64,000 nt of DNA from Amoebidium appalachense (taxonomy: Eukaryota > Protista > Ichthyosporea): positions 6,574,564 to 6,638,563 of the forward strand of contig CAVNZM010000004.1 in the NCBI GenBank assembly GCA_963693365.1. Reading direction: 5' to 3'. Below, in pieces: positions 1 through 23,457 of this stretch. Position numbers and translations under genes: made by a program. Each line of letters opens with the position of its first letter. The first letter of the stretch is position 1. The notes below the pieces were generated by a model. That model ran no database searches and was not told where the DNA came from. It saw nothing but the letters and a program-made list of their open reading frames with translations.

Positions 1-732
1 CCCGCCCCCTTTTCTGCATCCCCCTCCCCCTCTCCTCCTTCCCACAATTCTTCCTCCCAACTGCTCCACCTCCTTACTTCCTTGCACGTATCAATCCATC
101 TCTCCTTCCAACCCAAGTGACACCAGTTTTTTGTCAGACAACCTGCCTCCCCAGGCCCACTTATTATGCCTGTCCTGTTCCCCTCCCCCCCCCCCCCTCT
201 CCCCCCTCAGGAGGGCCTCTGCCCATTCGTCCCTCCTTTTCAAGTCCTCCATTACCTCTTACCTCCCCTAATTCTCATTATTCTCTAATAGTATACCTAT
301 ATCTTCCATCCTACCTTTTTGGAAGCTCCCTGCTTCTCTTCCACCTATTTGAAAGCATCTGCATCTACCCCCCCCCCCCCCCCCCCCCCCCGTTCATAGC
401 CCCTCCTTCATCAGTACTCCCTTACACCTGCCCGGCCCCCTTCAGAGTGCCTAACCCCCTCCCCCCCACACACACACACCCCTCCCCTTTCACACACCTG
501 CACACACGAACGCACCCATGCATGCACGCATGCACCCTCCCTCGCAGCCACGAGCGCACACACTCTTATTCACTTATAGAATTGTTAATAATCTAATGCC
601 CCCCCCCCCCCCCCCAACCCCCCCCCCAACCCCAACCCACCCACACACGCACACACACACACACGCCAAGGTTTCCCTTGTTCTGCTCCTCGGCCTTTCC
701 GCCTTCCCCATAATCTGTCTTTCTCTCTCCTT

Positions 733-763
<31 letters not shown>

Positions 764-857
764 CCCCACCCCACTGTCACCCACCCCACCACCACTGCCC
801 TACGTCACCCTCCCACTTCTTGTCTTTGCTTATTCTTCCTTGTGATGTGCAACACAG

Positions 858-1847
858 GGACATATCCGGGCCACCTGAGGTCCAGCAACAACGCCTTCTT
901 CAAATTCTGGGTGCCTGGAGAATGGAGCTTATGGAAACACCCGCTGACGGCAACTGTTTGTTTCATTCGGTGTGGCATTATATCAATCAGTATCTACAAA
1001 GCGGTCATGTAGCTACCCGTGAACACCTCAACACATTGGGGTTTACAGCTAATATGGAGCCTATAGAGGCGATTGGACGGCTACGCGAACTAATGGTAAA
1101 CGAATGGCGGCGAAATCTAGCAGAATACCAAGGATTCCTTTCAAGGGTGACCCTCGCATACGTAGCTGATGATTTCCGCTGTCCTCGGCGCGCCCATTTT
1201 GCTTCTGCAGCCGGTGACGCGATGGTGCTGGGCTTAGCCAACGCACTCCGCATACCAATAACCATTTTTAGCACGATTGCCAATCACGGTGTAGTTGCGG
1301 TCACTCCACCCACCGTCATCGAACCCAACATTGCCATACCCGTATCACTTAACGGTGCAGCAGATCATTACTCAGTGGTAATACCTCGCTTGTCGCATGC
1401 GAACAAAATCTCGGACAACAACCAAACACAGACATCACACTCAGTTGACACGGAAAACTCGACGGAGTTGGCGTCTAACGCTAACACAACTGACACGTTC
1501 GGTGGGTTGCCCGCCAAGGGCTGCAGCTGTAATAGAAACAGTAAGGATAGAACACGTTTTTTTTGTGGTTTTAAGAACGGCGGGGGAAAAGTGCAGGCAT
1601 ACGATGGGCATGAGCGTTGCATATGCGCAAAGAACAAGCGGGCATGCACCCAGGCATGCAGGTGTGAGAATTGTGGCAACAGGTGAGCCGTATGATATGC
1701 ATTTGCTACTTTTCTTCTTTTGCATCCTCTATTTGCCCACACTTGGTACTTTATAATCGAAACCTTAACTTGGCCAAATCCAGGTATTTCTGCTTGTCCC
1801 TCTCTTTATTCCCCCCCCCCCCCCCCCCCCCCCCCTTTCCCCCTCTC

Positions 1848-1881
<34 letters not shown>

Positions 1882-2075
1882 AGGGGGAAAGAAAAGCCCC
1901 CTCTCCCAATCCCCTCCCCCTCCTGTATCCGTCGTTTCATGATGTCTAACCCCTCCTCCTCCCCCCCACCTTCCCCACTGCTCACCACCTGCACACCCGC
2001 ACACCATACACAAACTTAAACACACACACGCATGCACGTGTGCACGCACACACACAGCCCCCCCCCCTCCCCCCC

Positions 2076-2106
<31 letters not shown>

Positions 2107-3274
2107 ACACACACAATGCATCCGCGCATCATGGTCCATGCATACACGTGTGTGGATAGATGCACAGGTGCACGAATCCACGCACGCACGCACCCACAGA
2201 GCACGTGTGCGCACGCACACACAAACACACATGTGTACACGTGCGCGCGCATTCACACGCACACACAAACGCACATACACATGCAGTCATGGACAGCGGC
2301 CAGAGCCAAACCGTCCAGGTCGCCCGTCTACCATGCAGTTGCATTTATGCGGCGAAGGGGGGAACCTTTCCCTGAGAAGTGGTGATGGGTCCAACACCAC
2401 CCATACGGCCAACACAACAGCCACCAGGGGCAAGGCCACTGCCACGGTTCCAACGCAAAGGCGGCGCGCACGATTCACGCAAACACGAACCACAGATCAG
2501 AATGGTTTGGAGTATTATGTGTCTGTGGGCGAGGAGGTACGTTCGGGTAGATGGTCGGATGCGGAGACCGCGTTGATTGAAAGTATTGTTATTTCGCTTG
2601 CGGAACAAAAGTTGCCGGCAACAGAGGAGGACATATTTGCACATTACCATGCAGCATTGGAGGGCAACGAGGAGGGTGTGGGGCTGGATGCCATCCTTTC
2701 CAAAACATTGAAACAAATCAAGTCAAAAATAGAACACATTGAGAAGGAAAGACGTTTGCGTAGTCAGGTGGCCGCCGAGGTGAGGGAGGAAATCGCGAGG
2801 GCTAAGGAAGCCGCTGCTAGGACAGTTACGGAGAAAGCAAGCGAGAGAGCACGAAACACGAAACGTGGGCTGAAGTCACAGAGTAATTCACAGACTGCCC
2901 CGTCAAAGAAGGCCAAGCCCAGCGGCCTTTCACGTGCAAGCACCAACACAGGTGTTGCCCCTCAGGAGCATGATCCCACCAGTTCGTCAACCGATTCGGC
3001 GGATGAATTCCAAAGCACCCAACAGTCTGGGGTGATTCCCCCTAGCCAGCACCCGCACCATCCGCAAGCGTTCCACCCCAGTTATTATCACACATACCCG
3101 AGCACGATAGCCAGTGCACAATGTAGCGTCTGTCAACTGACTTTAGCAATCCCTCCCCATCTGTGTCATACTTACATGCAATGCTGTAGGTGCAAGGCCA
3201 TGTTGTATGCTCTGGTCACCGCTTTTGGCATCCGCCTGCTCAGTTTTAGTGTCACGGATAATAGGTGGAAGTGA
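858..3274 (+). CDS. OTU-like cysteine protease + CXC/tesmin-like Cys cluster + Myb/SANT-like domain + C-terminal CxxC..CxxC Zn ribbon; 5' part probably outside the window; possibly transposon-encoded
   Basis: Exons 858-1682 (acceptor CACAG, donor AG|GTGAGC) and 2287-3274 (acceptor ATGCAG) join in frame (NCGN-S-HGQ). OTU motifs ADGNCLFHS and DHY. Cys cluster GCSC...FC...RCICAKNKRACTQACRCENCGN. Myb-like GRWSDAETALI...KTLKQIKSKI. C-terminal CSVC...CCRC. TGA stop. Confidence 0.8.
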
Positions 3275-3823
3275 GCCAATCCCTCCACGTAGTTTTTTAT
3301 TTTTCTAATTGTTATTGTGGCTGCCAGCTGCTTTGGGGTCAGGTGGCAAACGTAGGGCATGTCTAGTAGGTTCGATTAGTATGGGATTTGGCATCATGAT
3401 GCCAAGACTTAGTCAATACAGTAACTTAAGAATCAGTTTGTTAGGTGTTAGTTGTAACATTTAACTTCCAGTAATGTTCAGCATGTCAGAGTGGTAGTTT
3501 ATGATTGTAATGTTACTTACAGTTTAACTGTAATGTCACGGTGTATGTAGAGTATGCTGTCACATTCAATGCACACACACGGCACACACACATGAACATG
3601 CACACACGCAACCACATACACGTCAAGCACACACTACGTATACATCCATGCATGCGACATTCGCCTTTTTAATACCTATGATATCATTACGTAGTCAAAA
3701 TACCATAATAATAATGTGTAGAAGTGATTGCAGGTCAGTTTCACATGCTGCAGCTGTTTTATTAATAATGACACCGTAAATTAATGGCAAGCACACTGCA
3801 GACTCGGATTCCCCCTTCCCCCC

Positions 3824-3854
<31 letters not shown>

Positions 3855-3860
3855 AAAAAA

Positions 3861-3891
<31 letters not shown>

Positions 3892-3919
3892 TTCCCACCT
3901 CGAAATTTTTGGGCGGGGG

Positions 3920-3959
<40 letters not shown>

Positions 3960-4321
3960 GCTTGGGAAACGAGGGTGCAACCCGTCTTCCAGATGTCTGG
4001 AGCCAATCTAGAAATTGAACTGATTTCCGATTGGTCGGCTGCATTTTGTCTAGACCAATCAATGACCTTATTGAAGATCATTGGTCCAAAAGGGTTTGTT
4101 TGCATACCTGTGCTATGCTGTAGTTTCTGTCTTCTGTTTTGTTATGAAGCTTTCAGCGATACGTATATATAAACCTTGCAAAAAATATTAATATGCATAT
4201 TTATAAGCTTATAAAATATTTATCACAGTCTCAGTGTTAAGTTTTTACATTTATTTATTAAACAAAGCAAGAAACAATGTAGAGTTTCTAAATTATCTAA
4301 ATCATACCTGTGCGAACCGGA

Positions 4322-4392
4322 ACAATTTAGAACGTTCTAAATTGTCAATTTAGAACTTCTAGATTCTAGATTTGCCGCATTTCTAAATCTAG
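4322..4392. promoter_or_regulatory. 24-bp perfect palindrome and GAAnnTTC/TCTAGA cluster (HSE-like) upstream of the DZF gene
   Basis: ACAATTTAGAACGTTCTAAATTGT at 4322-4345, followed by TTTAGAACTTCTAGATTCTAGA. About 300 bp upstream of ATG 4644. Confidence 0.35.
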
Positions 4393-4643
4393 CCCCGAGG
4401 TGAAGCGGCCCAGTAGCTTCGCGTTTCAAAACCAAGCTGCCGAGACCTTTTGCGTAACGATCTTTGCGTAAAACTGTTTAGAACCCAATCATTGCATGCC
4501 ATAGATTACCATATAAGGCGAAGTCCTTAAAGGGCGCACTGTAACCGTGACCTTCCCGGCCGAGGCCTGTTCTGCAGCTATGTTCAACTCCACAGAAAAG
4601 GGTGAGCCAGCTTGTTGTGTGGCCGCATTTGGCAGGGCACAAC

Positions 4644-7585
4644 ATGGCAACTAGTACCTCGAGTAACCCCGTTGAGGGGACAGCTGGTGAAGCAGCAAGC
4701 GAAGCATATACGTTGTCAGACATGATAGCTGGCGAGTTTACTCTTACGGCCCGGTGTGAGTTCTGCAACAAAGACATAAACGCAGATGACTTTCTTTCTC
4801 ACTACACTAGTGTAGAGTGTCAGAGAGCAACGAGGGAATGTTACAAGGCACAAGACAAGGAGGGCGTGGCTCGTTTGCATCTGCTTGATAATGGCGCGAT
4901 AGTAGAAACGTGGCTTGAACCGACGTACTATGTAACACCAGGAGAGAATGATACCGTTACGGAAACAGATGTATACGAGTATCCTAAACACGCACCGGCA
5001 CCAGCACCAGGTTCGAACGTGTTTTCGTTTTCCGAAGCGCAGGCTAGTCAAGCAGCGAACTTGGCACAAAAATTAGAAGATAAGAGCAAGTCTGTTCCAG
5101 CACCCAACACAAACCTACAGGAGAACAGGGAGAAAGCAACACAAGACAAGAAACGCAAAAACGCGGGAACTGCTGTGCCGGCGACCAAAGAAACCGCAGC
5201 TAAGGACTCCTTTTTGCCCCAACCAGTTCTCGAGACTCAATCGACAAGCAAGACAGGAGAAACTGCTCAAATCCAGAAAACATCGCCATCAGATGTTCTG
5301 GTCACAGCGAAAATGGGAGTCACAACAGGAAACGAAGCGGAGAGATCCAAGCAAACGAAACCAGCATCGCTAGAAATCCAACCCCCGAAAGAAACCAACA
5401 CACAACCAACGAAGCAAAATAGCGCGCCACCGGAGCCCGTTTCCGTAATGGAAATCACAACACAGCAAACTAAACAAGATGCTGCACTACCAAATTCTGT
5501 GGCCACTACGGAGAGCAAAACGGAAGAAACCAAACAAGCAAAATCAACGTCGGAGCCCCCTCCTTCGAAAGATAACAAACGGCCAGCAGAAAGCGAGCCG
5601 AAGGAACCGGAAAAACGGGCGAAAACATCGGTGGAAAAGGAACCAGTCACCGTTTCAACTATTCACCCCATCCCCGAGGGTGTGATTCGAAACATGCGAC
5701 TGTCTACTCTTCTTCCGGCAAAGAAGGACGTGGTTTCGCTGTTTAAAGAGTGTGCGGAACCCCATGTTAAGGCGTTTTACAAGGAATGGGCAATCAGTGC
5801 GGCGGAGAGGGGGCGTGTGCAGACCCTTGCAGACTATTGTGTGAGTGTGCTCAAGCGGACGAGGGGGGACTTTAAGCTCGACTGCATGGTGAGTTGCGCC
5901 ACGTTTTCTTTAACCATAATCGGCTGTGTGTGTGTGTGTTACCACTTTGGGTGTGTAACCCCCAAAGCTTGCTTGTGTGAAACCGCCTCTCTTTATTTCC
6001 TTTTAACTCTTTGGTTTGACTTTGTCTATTTCACCTGTTTGTGACATGGGTTTCATTTTTGTGTGAGGAATATAGATGTACGGTGGAGGCACCGTGTGTG
6101 AGAGAGTGGGGGGAGGGGGGAGGAGGACGTTGAGGGAGGGGGGAGGTAGTTCGGGTTGAAGGAGGGGGGGGGGGGGGGGGTTAGAAGAAGGGGAGGGGGG
6201 AGAGTGTGAGAAGGGAGGATGGGGGGGGGGGGGGGGGGGGAGGGGGCGAGGAGGGGGGAGGGAGGGAGGGGGGGGGGGGGGGGGGGATGTGGTGTTCATT
6301 TAATCAGTGTGTGTTACAGGACTTGAATAGTGATACTTGTAAACTTGCACGTGTGGATAAGATATGTACGGTGGTGTATACACGAGCAGGCATCTAAGAT
6401 TTCAAAGTGTTCTTCCCTGTGTTCCCCCCCCCCCCCTCCCCCCCCCCCCCCCCCCCCCCTTCCGCCCTCCGCCCTGCCCCTCCCCCCCCCCTGCCCATCC
6501 CTCTTCTTGCATCCGTACTCTAGGCAATCCCCCCCCTCCTCCCCCTTCCCCCCTTTCATCGGCCGTTCTTCCCCCCCTTCTGTTTCTATGGCACCTCATT
6601 CCCCTCCCCCCTCCTCCCTCCCTCCGGTGACCGTTGAGTTGCACCTGATGCCATTTACCACATTCCAACCTCCCCCCCCCCTCTCCCCCCACCCACCCAC
6701 CCACCCCGCCTCCCCCCCCCCACCCACCCACCCACCCCCCCACCCACCCCACCCTGCTCTCCCTCCCCCCCCCCCCCCCCCCTCCCCCTTTCCCCTTCCT
6801 TTCCGCAATCGCCTCCACCCGTGCCCATAACCCACCCCATTAATATGAACCCTTGCTATTTCTGGTGCATGAAACCCTCTGTCATTCTGCCATATTAAAG
6901 CAACAACCTCTACTCCCGTTTTAGCCGCTGGGCGGCAAGCCACATTGGTGACGTCATTCTGTGCACAATCTCCATGACGCCGTGTAGTCGCCTTGAAAAG
7001 GGCGCGAAACTGAAGCTGGCTCTGTCGTATGTCGACATCGGCAATGTGACACAATCTGATTGAGTCACTTGATTGGTGAGACGCATGTGAGAAATGTGGC
7101 TCTCGGGTGGTCAGGGCCCAGACGCTAAAATGGGAGAAGCCGTGGTTGGTTTAACCCGCAGCTGTTCTGTATGCAGGTGATGATCACGGGGTCACACCGG
7201 CTGGGCACGCAGCTCAAGGGGCACTCTGATGTGGACATTATCGTCTACACGCCAGAACCAACCCCGGAGAGGGTCGAGGTGTTTGCACAGGCATTCCGCG
7301 TCCGATGGGAGGTGGGTGGGTATGTGGGGGGAGGGGGGAGGGGGGAGGGGGGGTTGGGGGGGGGGGGGGGGGGGGGGGGATTGGGGGGTGGGTGGGTGGG
7401 TGGGTGGGTAGAGGGAAGGGTGTGTGGGTGGGCGGGTGGGCGGGTGGATGGGTGTGTGTGTGTCTGTGTGTCTGTGTGGGTGTAGGGTGTAGGGTGTACA
7501 ATGAAGGGTTGGGAGATGGGCGGTTGGGGAGGAATCTGGTGCGGGAGGGGAGAGGGGGGAAGGTGGTGGTGGTGGTGGTGGTGGT

Positions 7586-7622
<37 letters not shown>

Positions 7623-7871
7623 GGTGTAGGGGAAGGTCGGAAGAAAAGGTGAGGGGGAGGATGGGGGGAGGGTTGGAGAGAGAAAGAAAGGGGGGGGGGG
7701 GGGGGGGGGGGGGGAAGGGTCAGTAGGGAGAACACGAGGGGAAGAGCCTTTTTTCCGGGGGGAGGGGGGGGGGGGGATCATGAATTTTCATCATACGTAT
7801 GAAACGTCGGAAAGCCTCAGGAACCTAGGTCGTTGTTTTGTGCTTGTATCTCCTCCCCCCCTCCCCCCCCC

Positions 7872-7912
<41 letters not shown>

Positions 7913-8123
7913 TGGGGAGAGGGGCACATACACACACACACACGTGCATCTCACACCCTCCTCCTTTTTTCCAGCGGGAGGGCAAGCACTGCCTAGGCCT
8001 ATTTGAGGACCATACCCTTGGGTTCATGGTGGGCACCAGGGAGGGGGCCTGTGCCGCTATTCTGTTTGTGGCTGCTGCCTCCCCCATGCGCCAGCTCAAG
8101 CTCGATCAGGTAACTAACTGCCT

Positions 8124-8160
<37 letters not shown>

Positions 8161-8370
8161 TGTTGTGTTTGAAGATGTATTTTTTTGTGTGTGCTTTCCA
8201 ATATTTGTATTGTTGTGTCAGTTATGAATTTGCTCGGACACTGTAATGCATTCTAAGCCCTTTTCGTCCCTCCCCCTCCTCCCCCCCTTCCCCGACAACC
8301 CTTCCCCTCTTTCTTACCCCCTCTTAAGAGCTACCTGCCAACACACCTCCATACAAACGTTCGTACTTGA

Positions 8371-8409
<39 letters not shown>

Positions 8410-8430
8410 AAAAAAAAAAAAAAACCACCA

Positions 8431-8463
<33 letters not shown>

Positions 8464-9304
8464 AAGAAAAAAAGAAAAAAACGGAAGAAAAAGGAAAAAG
8501 GGAAAAGATCAAGTAAAAGATATAAAAAAGCTCAACCTCCATGCACCCGAGTCCTCCCACCCTGTGCTAGCCGTCCAATGTTCTCACTCCCCCTTTGTTT
8601 TGTTCTCCCCCCCCACCCCCACCCCTTAGGCCGGGCACCGCACGCTTCTCGAGAATGGACTGGACAGCATAGCACATGCCAGCTGGTTCTACGCCCTTCC
8701 GGAAGCCCAGCGGGGGCTCACGGCCCAGTGCACCCTCGTGCTCAAGGCCCTCGTGGCCATCGAGCAGCAGCAAAACAGAGCACTGGCAGGCAACAACATT
8801 CAGTCAAACATTCCTAGCATTCCTGCAGAGGCGGGTAAACCCTCTTCTCTGCCGTCGTCTGCCGTCGGGGCGTATCTAGGCATGGTTGGGCCTTGGAGGT
8901 GGTTGGCTCTATCGCACCACGCATGCTTCGTGTCGGGGAAACCCCACCCCCAGAACCTATCCTGGGCCCTGAGATATGTCTTTGAGTGTTTGGCGTCGGG
9001 CGCCTTAACCTCGGGAGACATCACCGACCCGTGTAGGCCGAACAAGACGTTGGGTACTGGCCTTAACGCCGCGACAAAGGAGTATGTGTGTGCATGGGCG
9101 CAGAATAAGTTAAGATTGATTGCGTTTGGGCTGTGGGGGAAGGCGTTCCCATTGGCTGGCGGTCAGGGGCAGGATTCGACGGTTCGCGGTACTGGTCGGG
9201 CTGGTGACGCGCAGCCAATCAGTGGGCTCGAGGAGTCTGAAAACGCAAGGCGATTGGTTGAAGACGGGTTTAGGATGTTGCCTTTGCACCCCGTGGCGTA
9301 TTGA
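4644..9304 (+). CDS. DZF-domain nucleotidyltransferase-fold protein (ILF2/ILF3/ZFR family-like) with N-terminal C2HC-like Zn finger and low-complexity linker
   Basis: Exons 4644-5888, 7177-7311, 7975-8109 and 8630-9304, all phase-0 GT-AG joins. N-terminal CEFC...H...C. NTase loop TGSHRLGTQLKGHSDVDIIV. DZF C-lobe motifs HASWF, GPWRWL, LRYVFECLASG, ITDPC, AQNKLRLIAF. Confidence 0.85.
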
Positions 9305-9551
9305 TGTTGATTAGGTTTGGAGTGTGTGGGTTGGCCGGCAGGATGTGTACACAAGTGTGTTTTTCGTTTCTTTTCTTTCTTTTTTTTTTTTGGGGGGGGG
9401 GGGGGGAGGGGAGGGAGGGGGGGGGGGGGGGAAGAAGAGGGGGGGGGGGGGGGGGATCGAAAACAGCTGCTTGTCCCGATCGTATGAAATGTTGTATATA
9501 GTGTCTGCATGATGTAGAAGCATCTGGGACTGAGATGCAGGGTATGGTTTA

Positions 9552-9672
<121 letters not shown>

Positions 9673-10222
9673 CACGTTGATGCAGACATGCACATAGTGA
9701 TTGGCATATGGGACTGCCTACACACCAGGGATGTTCACAGTTAACAGAGTTCACAGGGATGTTCACAGTCTAATGGATATTCCTGTCAGCAATATGTTCA
9801 GTTACAAGGGAGGTCATGGCCGTAATCGTTAAATCCCGTTTGCTAATAGTTAACAAGAGCATGAATTCTCTTATGGCGCGAAGGTTGTTCATAGTTTTCC
9901 CCTTTTTTTATTGACGGCTGTGGCCAACAAGTTGGAGACTGATGACATAACTTGGTATGAATCGTTTACAATCGATGATTGTTTTTTTGATAACACACGC
10001 AGTAATCTGAACAGAAATAACCATACATGTGGTATGAGAGAAGAAAGAAATGACCGACCGAATGTCCTGCCCCCCCCTCCCCCCCCCCCCCTCCCACCAC
10101 CACCACCACCACCACCACCACCACCCAAAAAAAAAAATAAAAAAAAATGATAAGAATAATAATAAACATAATCATTACTTGGAAATGAAGTAAAATAAAC
10201 GGAGAAAGTGAGCGAGAGAGAT

Positions 10223-10262
<40 letters not shown>

Positions 10263-10325
10263 CGTGTGCGAGAGAGCCGGCGGAAAAGAGAGAGCGAGAG
10301 AGAGGTGATGGTCGTGAGGGAGTGC

Positions 10326-10383
<58 letters not shown>

Positions 10384-10814
10384 ATTTGTGTACGATGATG
10401 CACGTGCTTGCTAGTAAGCAGGGGCCCGGCCCAGGCTGCATGCATATATATAGATAGTAATCTCTCCAAGTCTAATCTAGATCGAGATATCCTATGAGGT
10501 GTTACCAACCACAGCAAGTATTCATTTGATCATACATACTGGCACTACATCAGAAAAATTAATGAAAATTTAAAATTTTAAACCCTAATATAAAACCCTG
10601 CTTTTCAAACTCTCAGTCGTCGTTCGGTAATTTTTCACTTCCTGCATTATGCCGATGCCCACTTTCTTCTTCCTCACATGCCTCGTCGTCATACACAACT
10701 GCAAATGACTGCAAACCCCGTGATTTTGGCGGAATTACCGACCGATTTTCCGAAATACTTGGCTCTAAACTATTGGAATTTCCAGAAACTGATAGCTTTT
10801 AAATTTTTGCCCAT

Positions 10815-20330
<9,516 letters not shown>

Positions 20331-20994
20331 ATATATGTGTATCTAGGCGGAAACCATTGTGAGAAATCGAAAGACTGATGTATAAATAAAATGGGAGTAA
20401 ATAAGAAAGACAACAAGAGGAGGTGGGTCTGAAAACACAGAAGAACTATGTAACAGCCGCGGCCTTCGAAATTCACAGGATGATCCGAACTCTCTCGTCC
20501 CTCAATCAACCCTGCCACCTACTGAGCTGGCTCCTTATTTTTCCTTACACATTCAGCGAACACTGGACTCTATCGAACCGTCGAGGCGCCGCGCCAGAAA
20601 GCATGCACGCGGTCGCGCGAGTGTAAGGAACCGCCTGCAGCGAACGTAAAGTTCATCGCAGCGCGTGCACACCGTCAGTACGTGTGAGCAATGACAACCC
20701 GCAACTCCAGAGAATGTGCAGGGAGCGCGAGCGTGCAGGAGCTGTACGTGTCTGTATGTGTCTACATGCATGATTCCAGGAACTTGGTCTCCTGTCCGGA
20801 TCCCGTATGCGTCTACCAGCGGAGAGGCTTCAGCCGCTTCAGTCGAGTGTATGAAACAGGAGCATGTAACCAACACTATGTAAGCAACTACTATAAATTC
20901 CTCCTTTCCAAAATCCGTTCTGCACACGCGGCGAAGAAACACCTTCTTGCACGTGCAGGGAGTGAATGCAAATGCCTAGCATGGTGCGCACCGG

Positions 20995-21135
20995 ACCAAT
21001 CGAAACGAAGTTTCTAATAAGGGCAATAAGTAAGCGTGACCTGTATTGAATCGAAAAACTTAGTGTGTAACCACAATAGGTCAATAAATTCTTTGCTCAT
21101 AACCAATGAAAAGCGTGCGCGCGATTTTTGAAATT
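20995..21135 (+). promoter_or_regulatory. CCAAT boxes plus CDE/CHR-like cell-cycle element
   Basis: CCAAT at about 20996 and 21103. GCGCGCG immediately followed by TTTGAA (21127-21132), upstream of the securin-like gene. Confidence 0.4.
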
Positions 21136-21530
21136 CACGCTGACGGGCCCTTCCGAACCGAAAGTTCTGAGACTTCCGCCTGAGCTAGCCTGAGTTGTTC
21201 GCCGGAGAGGAAAGTCATCATATGTCATATCTTTTCACAGAGTATTCAACAACTCAAACCATACACATAGCCTTGTTTGGCAGGTATCAGCGTAATAATC
21301 TTCTTTTCAGTGTAGCAACTACCCAAAAACCATTCAATGCCGCGGTGATCACGCCACGTCATATTTTTTTTTGTAAGCACAGCTTTACACCAAGCACTTC
21401 CCAGTGCCTACACGAACATTGTGATATATTGCCACACAACATTGAATGTCAAGTTGTCAAATACTTATCCATAGTCTCTTGAATTTTTGTTACGTTTCAG
21501 CACAGAAAGGGCTTTACGAGGCGATGAATT

Positions 21531-21862
21531 ATGGCACTGCGCGTGCGACCAGCTCCACAAGATGAGAACGCACTACCAGGGGGTGTGCAGCTGAAGGGAG
21601 GTATGGGCATATTTAAGTGATTGCGCGAGGGTTGAAAACCCACACGCACACCGCTGCTCCTTGACTGTGCGTGGTGTTTAATTTATGCGAGACACGAGTG
21701 CTTCTGTTGTTATTAATGGATAACATTTTCTCTCCTGCTGGGCGAAGAAAAACCTGTGCTCATGTTTTCGAGGGCGAGGAGCTATGGGTGAACTTCTAGG
21801 GGGGAGGGGAGGGTGGGGGGGAAAGGGAGCAGGGTCAGAAGGCCCTGTGCAAAAGTTTGTGT

Positions 21863-21932
<70 letters not shown>

Positions 21933-22941
21933 TTCTTTTTTTTTTTTTTGTGGGGGGGGGGGGGGGGGGGGAGGGCTCACCCTTTCATCGCTTTCTTTAC
22001 CCACCAAAGTTAGGTTAATCCTCTTTCCTTGCTATTTGCTTCCCAATATACGTTTACTCTCCTATTCCTTCGAAGATCTTGCATCACATCAGTTGTTCTG
22101 AAACTGAGACTCTCTAGCTATGCATGCAGCATGTCTGCTTGCCTTCTTGTTGCAACAGTTCACAAGGTGCCCAAAGATAAAGCCAAATGGAGAGGAAAAG
22201 TTCGTAGATATTGTGATTTGGGGAAAAGAGTGGGCATTGAGTTAAACTTATGGATGACAAGGAGGTATTGGAAGAGAGAGACTAAAGTGCACAGAAAAGC
22301 ATTACGGCACACATGGAAGGGCGAAGGTGGTGGGAAAAAAAAAATAAAAAAAAAAATGCACACCCTGGTATGTTATTGATGTGCTGACTCGTACACTTCT
22401 CTTCTCCCTGCTCGTTGCTGCTCCTTTCCCAATCATCATTTCAAGGAACATAATCTCGAACCAACCACATTCCTTAAATCTTCTTCCTTTTTGCCTACTC
22501 CCCCATCCCCCCCCCTCCCCCCCCCCCTCCCCCCCCCCCCCTCCCCCCCTCCCCCCCCCTCCCCCTCCTCTCCTCTCTCTTAACTTCCGCTTACTATATA
22601 GTAGATCAACACATTTAACTATATTTAAGTTTCCAAGAGCACAAGTAGACCATACGACCGAAATTTGATATATCGCCGTTTGGGAGGGCGGTTAATGCTC
22701 GAGTACAAAGTATAGTGCCTGGGCCTTCCCAACCCAGTTGTAAACCTGTCGCACATGTGTGTGGCCTATACCCCATAGCCCCAATAGCCAAATTTAGGTC
22801 TTACAGACCGAAACAAATAACACCTTCCTCCTCTATGAAGTATTATTTCTTGGCACACGTGCGAAAAGAAATGATATCCCTCCCTCCGCCCCCAACACAC
22901 TCCCTCCCTCCCCTTATTGACCCTAAAATAAATTACCTCTC

Positions 22942-22973
<32 letters not shown>

Positions 22974-23425
22974 CTTTTTCCCTCTTAGGCAAGTCAGGCC
23001 AGCTGCAACCCTCCGACCGGCATTCCACCACCAAGAAACCATCCAATGGCCTTGGCTCAAAAAGGAGTTTTGGCAGCGAGCTGACCAATAAGAACGTGGA
23101 GAATGTAGCGCCCAGAGGGGGGGCAAAAGAGAAGGACGAGGCGGGCATGGGCCTGTCGAGCAAGAAGACAGAGAGAGTATGTGGCTTATACTGTTTATTG
23201 GCTGTCATCCCCCCCCCCCCCCCCCCCCCCCTTCCGTCGTGAGCTTGTGTGTATGTGGGTAGGGGTGTGTAGGGGTGGATAAGTAAATGGGTGGGTGGGT
23301 GGGTGGGGGAACGAGGGTGTGTGTGTGTGGGGGGTAGGAGAGGAGGGGGAGGAGGTGGGGGGGGGGGGCTCTGTAAAAAGATTGACGTGAGATTGAAAAA
23401 CAGGAATTGCATTAACAAATTAGGG

Positions 23426-23457
<32 letters not shown>

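Noticed and set aside
9728-9805. GATGTTCACAG repeated 3-4 times
   Set aside because: Short degenerate local duplication with no further structure.
9889-10700. Possible small minus-strand gene ending ...LLATAVNKKRGKL
   Set aside because: I could not build a consistent spliced ORF or recognise a family.
20390-21017. Short ORFs between the divergent genes
   Set aside because: No start/splice model or motifs; probably promoter or decayed sequence.
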